NCBI GenBank assembly: GCA_034432155.1
Contig: DAOUCP010000035.1
Coordinates: forward strand, 83,036-147,035
Origin: Anaerolineae bacterium
GTDB lineage: Bacteria; Chloroflexota; Anaerolineae; Epilineales; Epilineaceae
Direction: 5' to 3'
Length of the DNA stretch: 64,000 nucleotides
The notes beneath the pieces are model-generated. The model had not been told where the DNA came from. It made no database searches and was given only the letters and a program-made list of their open reading frames with translations. Shown here one piece after another: positions 57,284 through 64,000 of this stretch. How positions within the stretch are numbered: the stretch's first letter is position 1; each line of letters opens with the position of its first letter. The position numbers were made by a program, and so were the translations under genes.

Positions 57284-59341
57284 ATGGCCACCCCCCCACT
57301 CCGGGACCTTCTTCGACGCCAACGGCTTCACCCGCTCCACCATGCGCACAACCGCCTAGCCTTGGCTGACTTCGCTGGGCTCCGTCCCCTATCCAACCCG
57401 CCTGGGACTCCCAGGCCTGCGTGGAGGGCGCGATCGGCACTGGTGCTGCTGATCGGCTCGCAGGTGCTGGCTGTCCGACGCGCGGCACAACCGGCGAACG
57501 CACGAGTCCATGCCTACACGGACATCCAGTTCGACGTTCTTCGGGGCGGATTCAAGCAAGTATTCGATTTGTCCGTCGACGACGGGGGCAACGTTTGGGG
57601 CGCGGGGCTGGGTGGCATTCTCCACCGGGAGAGGGACACCTGGAGGGTTGTTGCCGCGAGAGGGTCCATTGCCGAGGCCATTGACGTGGACGCGCCCGGA
57701 GATGGCTGGGCCCTGGTCGGTGGGCAGCTGTGGCGGTATGACGGCACCGCATGGGCAGCGGTCGAGTCCCCCGCGGGATACGTACTCGACGTGGCGCTCA
57801 CCGAATCCAAAGTAGCTTGGGCTCTGGCCGGGAAAGATGGGTCCACCGTTCTGTGGCGCTATGACGAGTTGGGAGAATGGCGCGAGGCCGGCGTGCGTCT
57901 CACAGCGGGTTACAACACCCTCGACGTGGTTGGTGATGCAGTCTGGCTCTCTGGCCTGCCCGGGATCGCGCGGTGCGAGGGCTCCGACTGCAGTAGCTTC
58001 TCTGTGTCCGCAGTGAACGACATGGACATGCTCGATCCCGACAACGGCTGGGCTGTTGGCGGAGACTGTGGTCCGGGGGGAGCACGGCACCGCGTCATAC
58101 TGCGGTACAACGCCGGGGAGTGGAGGACTCTTGTTGACTCCGAGGACGCGGGCCTGAACACCGTCACCGCCGTAAGTAGGGCATCGGCAATTGCAGGCGG
58201 CGCGAACGGGGTAGTGGTAAGGATCACCGAGGAAGGCGTGAATACCCCGACAACGGAACCTGGGCCCGGTGCACGCTGCGTGGGGGGCCTGGGTGCGTCC
58301 ACGCGACACCTCAAGGACCGTGCGGTGATTCTCGGGGGATTCAGTGACGCTGGTGCAGCGATCGTGATTGCTCCCGACGACGGGGAGACGGCGTGGGTGC
58401 ACGGCTATGGTGCCACCCGACTGGCATTTCGCCAGCCAGAGGAGGGCTGGGTAATCGAAGATGGAGAACTGCTGGGGCACGCCTCGGGCTCCTGGGTGAT
58501 TCAGAGCGCAGGAGAGCCGCCGTGGAACGATGTGTCGGTAGCTGGCGACGGTATGGCCTGGGCGGCCGGCAACGCCGGCCGTCTAGCCGTGAACCGAGCC
58601 GGCGAGTGGCGCGAAATCGACCTCGCCATTCAGGAGGTTCTGCTGCGGGTTGTTCCTTTGCCTGGCGAGACTGCCTTCCTGCTCGCTCGAGGTCGCGTGG
58701 CGCAGGAGAACCGAACGCTAGTATTCCGAACCGACAGCCGGTCTGTAGACCTACTGTATGAAGGCAACACCGATCTGCCCCGGGATATGGCAGTTGCCCC
58801 CGACGGAGCCGTCTGGATTGTAGGCCGTGGCTTCGCCCTCGAGGGACGTGGCACAGAGTGGCATCGGTATGCGACGGGGACAGACCTTTTCGCGGTCACG
58901 GGCACAGAGAAGGGGGTGTGGGCGGTGGCGTCAGACGCTCCCTATCGCTGGACAGGCAGCGCCTGGGAGCCAGACACCAGGTTTACCCCAGAACTCGCTG
59001 ACGAAGTGCGGTTCCTGTCCTTGCGGGGCATCCATGCCCACTCCGCGGAAGATGTCTGGGCTACCGGCCGAGACGGGTCGGTACTGCATTTCGACGGTGC
59101 GCGGTGGGACTTTGCCAGTCGGGGACTAGTACGCCCGGGGGGTTGGTTCAGCGATAACGAGTGGCTGTTGCGGGATGCGACCACGATATCCGATGGGAGC
59201 GAGCGGGTGCTGCTTGTTGCTGGTGACTCGGCCACCGTCATGCGGCATCGCTACGTGCCTGAGGCGAACGCAGCTCCGTCGCCCACAGCTACTCCGAGGA
59301 ACGGAAGGCGGGTGTGTCTGCCCAGGATCGATTCCTCCTAG
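57284..59341 (+). CDS. Membrane-anchored beta-propeller repeat protein (BNR/Ycf48-like), hypothetical
   Basis: The long ORF is open from 57170 and the start is uncertain. Hydrophobic anchor WRARSALVLLIGSQVLAV. Seven or more repeats of the W..G..G.V.R.DG..W type. Confidence 0.5.
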   Translation: MATPPLRDLLRRQRLHPLHHAHNRLALADFAGLRPLSNPPGTPRPAWRARSALVLLIGSQVLAVRRAAQPANARVHAYTDIQFDVLRGGFKQVFDLSVDDGGNVWGAGLGGILHRERDTWRVVAARGSIAEAIDVDAPGDGWALVGGQLWRYDGTAWAAVESPAGYVLDVALTESKVAWALAGKDGSTVLWRYDELGEWREAGVRLTAGYNTLDVVGDAVWLSGLPGIARCEGSDCSSFSVSAVNDMDMLDPDNGWAVGGDCGPGGARHRVILRYNAGEWRTLVDSEDAGLNTVTAVSRASAIAGGANGVVVRITEEGVNTPTTEPGPGARCVGGLGASTRHLKDRAVILGGFSDAGAAIVIAPDDGETAWVHGYGATRLAFRQPEEGWVIEDGELLGHASGSWVIQSAGEPPWNDVSVAGDGMAWAAGNAGRLAVNRAGEWREIDLAIQEVLLRVVPLPGETAFLLARGRVAQENRTLVFRTDSRSVDLLYEGNTDLPRDMAVAPDGAVWIVGRGFALEGRGTEWHRYATGTDLFAVTGTEKGVWAVASDAPYRWTGSAWEPDTRFTPELADEVRFLSLRGIHAHSAEDVWATGRDGSVLHFDGARWDFASRGLVRPGGWFSDNEWLLRDATTISDGSERVLLVAGDSATVMRHRYVPEANAAPSPTATPRNGRRVCLPRIDSS

Positions 59342-59966
59342 ACGAGAGGAGCGGGCAAGCGGACGCCGAGCTAACATCTCGGGGCGCGGTGTACTTCGCC
59401 GGGGTGGACCAGGAGAGCCACCGTGCTTCCTTTCGGCGACGATCCATTCGAGACGATCTGGAGGTAACGACGGGCTGTGGAAAGGATGGCACTCGACCAG
59501 CACCTCCGCATGCGGGGGGGCGGCCGCCACATCGCGCTACTCGGCGACGAGGCCCCGGCAGCACCTCCGCAAGCGGGGGGCTGCCGACTTCCTGCGGGAC
59601 GGCATGGAACTGCTCCGGCTGCTCGAGGGAAGGGAGGTCGAGGAGCACGTAGCCATCGGGACGCACTGCAGCCGGGTGTCAGGATTAGCCTCGCAGCTGG
59701 CAGTCGCGGTGGCAATCGCCCAGCTCTCCGTCCGCCAGCAGTTCTTCCATACGCCGGATGGTGCATGTGAAGGCTTCGCCAGCAGGCCGGCGACTGCGGT
59801 AGGGCTGCGGCCAGGGGCGGCACTTGGTCGGCCAGCCGCGGCTGCACCGCCTTCATCGCCACGTCCCGGTCCGGTGGTCCCATGCTGGCCTCATCCGACG
59901 CGACGGCGAAGAACTCCGCCGGCCCGGCCGAGTGGTTGTCCCCGCCGGGGTGGTGGCGTCCCTCGT

Positions 59967-59985
59967 GGCCAAGGAGTCCTTGGCC
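59967..59985. repeat. Perfect 9-bp-arm palindrome ggccaagga-g-tccttggcc in the lctP 3' flank
   Basis: Seen in the sequence 48-66 nt downstream of the lctP stop. It is either a terminator stem or a protein-binding site. Confidence 0.5.
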
Positions 59986-60032
59986 GGCCGCTCCTTCGCG
60001 CCATCCCCTGCCCCTCGGCCCCCCGCGCGAGA

Positions 60033-61595
60033 CTACCGCCGGGGCAGACCGCCGAGGGCAGCGAAGGTCAGCAGCCCTGCCAGGACCAGCATCGGTGCCG
60101 CCACAACCATGGTGCGGCGCAGCACGGTGTGTTCCTGACCCGCCAGTCCGACCAGGCCGGCGGCCACCGCCACTTTGGCTGGGGAGAAGACGCTGCCCAC
60201 AGCCCCTCCCGCGTTCTGGGCTGCCAGGATCCACACCGGTTCGTAGCCAGCATGGCCGGCCATGGACCGCTGGAGAGCGCCGAAGACAACATTGGAGTGG
60301 GTATTGCTGCCCGTCATGAAGGCGCCAAGAGCTCCCAGCCACGGAGCCACGAGCGGCAACGCCTTACCCATCCCAGCACTGAGCCCCGCCGCCAGACGGT
60401 CCGTCATCCCGCTGTCGGCCATCGTCATGGCCAACGCCATGAGTAACAGGATGGACCCTGTCGGCCGGATGGCCGAGCGCCAGGTGGCAGCCATGATGTG
60501 CCTGCCACTGTCACGACGGTACCGCCCTTGCCAGCGGTACACCAGGTAACTGGCAAGGGCAGCATAGGCGATCAACGCTCCCGAGGAGCCGAGCAGACTG
60601 AAGCTGGCTGCCGCCGCCACGCGATGCGAGCCGGCCACCCCTGGCGACGGTGGCGCTGGCGGGAATTGGAGGGTGACAACCTGGAGCAGCCGAGCAAGGG
60701 GCGGCAGTGCCGCATGGACCAGGACAAACCCCAGCAACAGCCAGTAGCCGGCCACCGCCCAGCGCAGGGGCAGCTGCCGGTCGGCGGCCACGGTCGTCGG
60801 TGCCGGCGTGACTCGAGCCGCCGGCAATCGTCGGTAGCGTGGCCAGCGAGCCACCCATTGGGAGACTCCTAGACCACTCAGGGCGGCCACGAAGGCTGCT
60901 AGATTCCACAGCCTGCTGCTAGCCACCACATACTGGGCGGCGGCCATCACGCCGCCGATCACCAAGATGGCAGCTTGAGCGTGCCGCACCGCCAGCCAGC
61001 CATTGTGAACGTAGGCCACGGTGAGCCCGCAGGCAACACAGACAACACCCAGCACGGCGGCCGAGGCAGGCGCGAGCTGGGCCGGGCTGAGACCGGTGGC
61101 ACCACCCAGGGCGGCCACGGACGAACCCAGGCTGCCGAAGGTCACCGCCCATGCGTGACCGATCGCCGTCGCCACGACGCTCGGCAGCACGGGAAAGCCC
61201 ATCGCCACGAGGAGTGGCGCCACCACCGCGATGGGCACCCCGAAACCGGTGACGCCCTGCACCAGCGCGGCGAAAACCCACGCCAGGATGAGCATCTGCA
61301 GGCTGCGATCGACGGTCAGCCTCGCCACGAGACCGCTGAGCGTGGCCAGGGCACCGGCCTCGGCGATCACATGGGACAGCGCAAACGCCGACCAGATGAT
61401 GGCCAGCACGTCCAGGCTGGCGAAGACTCCCTTGAGCTGCGCCCAGCCCAGGCGGTCCATGGCCATGCCGTAGGGGCCGAAAGCGATCGCCACCGCGGTG
61501 AGCCAGCCGGCGAAGGCGGCTCGTCCGCCGCTCCAGCGACGGCCGGCCATGAGCGCCAAGACAAGCGCCAGGGGCAGCGCCGCCAGGGCAATCAC
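60033..61595 (-). CDS. lctP: L-lactate permease (LctP family)
   Basis: About 12 TM helices with GFGVPIAVVAPLLVAMGF and MTGSNTHSNVVFGALQ, characteristic of LctP. Confidence 0.8.
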   Translation of the reverse strand: MIALAALPLALVLALMAGRRWSGGRAAFAGWLTAVAIAFGPYGMAMDRLGWAQLKGVFASLDVLAIIWSAFALSHVIAEAGALATLSGLVARLTVDRSLQMLILAWVFAALVQGVTGFGVPIAVVAPLLVAMGFPVLPSVVATAIGHAWAVTFGSLGSSVAALGGATGLSPAQLAPASAAVLGVVCVACGLTVAYVHNGWLAVRHAQAAILVIGGVMAAAQYVVASSRLWNLAAFVAALSGLGVSQWVARWPRYRRLPAARVTPAPTTVAADRQLPLRWAVAGYWLLLGFVLVHAALPPLARLLQVVTLQFPPAPPSPGVAGSHRVAAAASFSLLGSSGALIAYAALASYLVYRWQGRYRRDSGRHIMAATWRSAIRPTGSILLLMALAMTMADSGMTDRLAAGLSAGMGKALPLVAPWLGALGAFMTGSNTHSNVVFGALQRSMAGHAGYEPVWILAAQNAGGAVGSVFSPAKVAVAAGLVGLAGQEHTVLRRTMVVAAPMLVLAGLLTFAALGGLPRR

Positions 61596-61641
61596 GGCTG
61601 GAGGACGCGCCAGGGCAATCGAGGCCGGCGAGTGGCGACCC

Positions 61642-62571
61642 TCATGGCGTGTCCATGAGCGGCACGAAGCGAACCTCGAACAACTTGGGCCAAAACTTGC
61701 CGGTGATCAGGAAAGTATCGGCCGTTGGATCGTAGGCGATGCCATTCAGGACGTCGGCTGCCGCAGCCTCCTCGTGCGAGAGCAGTCCAGAGGCGTCGAT
61801 GCTCGCCGTGACCTGGCCAGTCCCAAGATCGATGCGCACGATCTCATCCGTCTGCCAGATGTTGGCGTAGACGGCATCGCCCACGCACTCTAGCTCATTC
61901 AAGCGAGCCACCGGCTCGCCACGGCGCGTGACCTCGACGCGGCCGGTGGCCGTGAAGTCCGTCGCACGATGCAAGGACAGGCTCGAGCTGCCGTCGCTGC
62001 GCACCAGCTGCCGCCCATCGTAGCATAAGCCCCACCCCTCCCCCTCGTAGGCCAGCTCCCGCAGCAAGCGGAGGGAGCGCTGATCCACCTCCCGCACAAC
62101 GTGCTCGCGCCAGGTGAGTTGCAGGAGACGGCCATCCACCCGCGCCAGACCCTCGCCAAAGAGGTCGGCCGGCAGCGTTACCGCTTGCAACACTTCCCCT
62201 GTCCGGGGATCGACGCGTCGCAGGCTGGACTGACCATAGAGGCCCGTGCTCTCAAAGAGCTGGCCCGCATCCCAAAGCAAGCCCTGGGTGAAGGCAGCGC
62301 GATCGTGAGGTCGCACACTCACGACCTCGACCCGCAACGCCACCGGGTTGACGTCCCTGGGCAGCGCTGCTGGCGCCGGCGTAGCGAGGGTACCCTGTTG
62401 CTCGGCGCTGCTCGTTTCGCGGTCGCGGCTTGGCCGGGCGCAGCTGGCAAGCATCCCAAGGCCGATCGCGGCCACCAGCAACGTTCGGCCCGCGGTCCGC
62501 CGCTTACCGTCCGCGGCACCTACCGCGTAGCGGCGGCCGGCCTCGAGCCAGCGCAGCGCGTGGGGTGTCAT
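61642..62571 (-). CDS. Glutaminyl-peptide cyclotransferase (beta-propeller type) lipoprotein
   Basis: Lipobox GMLASC. AFTQGLLWD...ESTGLYGQSSLRRVDPRTGEV matches the plant/bacterial glutamine cyclotransferase family. Confidence 0.8.
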   Translation of the reverse strand: MTPHALRWLEAGRRYAVGAADGKRRTAGRTLLVAAIGLGMLASCARPSRDRETSSAEQQGTLATPAPAALPRDVNPVALRVEVVSVRPHDRAAFTQGLLWDAGQLFESTGLYGQSSLRRVDPRTGEVLQAVTLPADLFGEGLARVDGRLLQLTWREHVVREVDQRSLRLLRELAYEGEGWGLCYDGRQLVRSDGSSSLSLHRATDFTATGRVEVTRRGEPVARLNELECVGDAVYANIWQTDEIVRIDLGTGQVTASIDASGLLSHEEAAAADVLNGIAYDPTADTFLITGKFWPKLFEVRFVPLMDTP

Positions 62572-62898
62572 CCGAGCGCAATGTAGGTCAGATAGCCACC
62601 TCCGTCAAGGGACACCCCGTGAGGGCGAGGGCGCTAGGGCTGGGAGAGCCAGCCGCACGGGACGGATTCCGATACCCCCCCGGGGCACCCACCGGCTACG
62701 TGCCCCCTGCGGGAGTGGCTGCGACACCCTGCGCGAACGCCGGCCCCATCGCGCGATTGCACCGCCGAAAGGCAGCGGCTTCTTGCCTGCCATCGAGCGC
62801 GGGAGGGGCGCCACCGATTCTCCCTGCCACCCGTGCCGGTCCACCGACCTGCGAGCGCTCACGGCAGAGGTGCGAGCCCATCGCACTGGCACGCGAAA

Positions 62899-62920
62899 GA
62901 GGGGGCCTCACGGCCCCCTC
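62899..62920 (-). terminator. Hairpin terminator downstream of the LTXXQ gene
   Basis: gagggggcc-tcac-ggccccctc is a perfect 9-bp stem. On the transcribed minus strand it is followed by TCTTTC. Confidence 0.5.
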
Positions 62921-62943
62921 CTTCGCTCCGCCGCCAACTGCCA

Positions 62944-63687
62944 TCAGGCGTTCTGGCTCGTCGTGGTATTCTCCGGACTCGACTGCTGCTCCGGCACATC
63001 CGACCGCTCTTCCAAACCGGGCACGTCGGCGCCGCCAAAGGGGCCGCCGAAGCCATGATGACCACGACGCATGCCCCAACCGCCCGGGCCACAGGGGCCA
63101 CGCCCCATGTAGCCCTGCTCGATGCCCTTGAGCAGCCAATCGGCCTGCTCCTGCGTCATCTCGCCATTCTCGACCGCCTGGCGGACGCGCTCGCTGGCGA
63201 TCGCCTTTTGCAGCTTCTCGGCGTCCATGCCGCGCGCCTCGGCGATCTCGGTCAGAGTCTTGCCAGCCTTCAGCTCACTCGCCAGCTCGTCCGCGGTCAT
63301 GCCCAACACCTTCGCGACCAGCTCCTGCTCGCGAACCGCCAACGCCAGCCAGTCGCCGTGCTTGCCCAATGGTCCGAAACCTCCGCGCCGGCCGCCAAAC
63401 GGCCAGCGCCCGAGCAATCGGTTCGCCTGCCGCTGCGTCAGTCGGCCGCTCTTCACCGCTTCATCGGAGACTTCCTGACGCGCCTCGGTGATCGCCTTGT
63501 CCAGGTCGGCCCTCGCCACCCCGAGCTTGGCCGCGACCTTGTTCCAGAGTTGTTCAACGATCTCGCTCACCGGATTCGATGGCGTAGCCGGCGTCGCCTC
63601 CTGGGCGCCGACTGCGCGACTTACCATGCCCATTCCCGCGACCGCAATGGCTACCGCCGCGAGAAGGACCAGCCAACGCTTGTTCAT
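62944..63687 (-). CDS. Secreted LTXXQ-motif protein (CpxP/Spy-like envelope stress chaperone family)
   Basis: Signal peptide MNKRWLVLLAAVAIAVAG. Repeated LTxxQ motifs (RLTQRQANRLL, MTQEQADWLL, TLTEIAEARG). GGGAGG RBS. Confidence 0.6.
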   Translation of the reverse strand: MNKRWLVLLAAVAIAVAGMGMVSRAVGAQEATPATPSNPVSEIVEQLWNKVAAKLGVARADLDKAITEARQEVSDEAVKSGRLTQRQANRLLGRWPFGGRRGGFGPLGKHGDWLALAVREQELVAKVLGMTADELASELKAGKTLTEIAEARGMDAEKLQKAIASERVRQAVENGEMTQEQADWLLKGIEQGYMGRGPCGPGGWGMRRGHHGFGGPFGGADVPGLEERSDVPEQQSSPENTTTSQNA

Positions 63688-63845
63688 CTCTGCCTCCCAT
63701 CGACATAACCGGACAACGTCGTCCTCGAGTGACTCCAGTATGCCGGGCGGTTATGGAGATCTGGTGCAGACTTCGTTGGCATTTCGTGAGCGGCCGCCCG
63801 CCGAAGGTCCGGCAGCCGGGACGCCTGCACTTCGCCGCCTTGGGT

Positions 63846-63874
63846 CTTGACCGACCGTCGGCTGGCCGATAGCA
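63846..63874 (+). promoter_or_regulatory. Putative promoter: -35 TTGACC, 17-nt spacer, -10 TAGCAT, 8 nt before an ATG (a leaderless mRNA is predicted)
   Basis: ATG at about 63882 opens an ORF running off the window (MKALARPRAGESFAAGRAVLLLSAAWVVLC...). Confidence 0.4.
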
Positions 63875-63881
63875 TGCCTCG

Positions 63882-64000
63882 CATGAAAGCCTTGGCGCGG
63901 CCAAGGGCGGGCGAATCCTTCGCGGCCGGGCGAGCCGTTCTGCTGCTGTCCGCCGCCTGGGTAGTGCTATGCGCCGCCGTCGCGGTGTTCGCTGGGCCGC
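63882..64000 (+). CDS. Hypothetical protein, 5' fragment (window edge); N-terminal hydrophobic segment
   Basis: Open frame from the ATG to the end of the window. It is not in the track because it lacks a stop. Confidence 0.3.

Noticed and set aside
59175-60446. 423-aa forward ORF and 323-aa reverse ORF across the propeller/lctP spacer
   Set aside because: The ORFs are Arg-rich low-complexity translations. The forward ORF overlaps the lctP 3' end in antisense. No domain is recognised. The region is treated as non-coding spacer, with possible gene remnants noted in findings.

Overview
This is a 64 kb window of high-GC (about 69%) bacterial chromosome, densely coding on both strands. I found no rRNA or transposase/integrase genes and no CRISPR array; tRNAs could not be screened by eye.

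Housekeeping genes identified from the translations:
- mutM/fpg, 3' end cut by the window edge, GTG start.
- dnaE.
- selB.
- hrcA-dnaJ-prmA-rsmE.
- The preQ0 transporter yhhQ followed by queF.
- guaA.
- rpsU.
- A minus-strand operon: DUF151 nuclease, dnaB helicase, dnaD-like protein, and a dnaI/dnaC-like loader with two AAA+ modules in one polypeptide.
- ligA.
- ahcY.
- lctP.

Interspersed is an envelope/secretome-heavy gene set:
- Four very large secreted S8 subtilases. Three share I9 propeptide + S8 + PA-insert cell-envelope-proteinase architecture. One is a 1495-aa multidomain giant.
- Two GT4 genes, a GT2 gene and a WbaP-type polyprenyl glycosylphosphotransferase.
- Two GT39/PMT_2-like polytopic glycosyltransferases.
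- A clan GH-A glycoside hydrolase.
- Three thioredoxin-fold envelope proteins, a glutaminyl cyclase lipoprotein, an LTXXQ (CpxP/Spy-like) secreted protein and a beta-propeller protein.

Recurring motifs:
- In-frame tandem duplications inside genes (51, 57, 45 and 42 nt units), plus a 43-bp duplication at the mutM 3' end.
- A 6 x 30-nt tandem array between the sugar transferase and hrcA.
- Isolated AT-rich TATAAT-like hexamers standing out as probable sigma70 -10 boxes, several implying leaderless or short-leader mRNAs.

The ORF track gives longest ORFs with ATG/GTG/TTG starts. Many listed starts run into the upstream gene, so I trimmed starts to in-frame positions consistent with domain boundaries, RBS and neighbouring stops. 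Lineage cannot be fixed from the sequence; the gene content is compatible with Chloroflexota/Thermomicrobia-like or other deep Terrabacteria.
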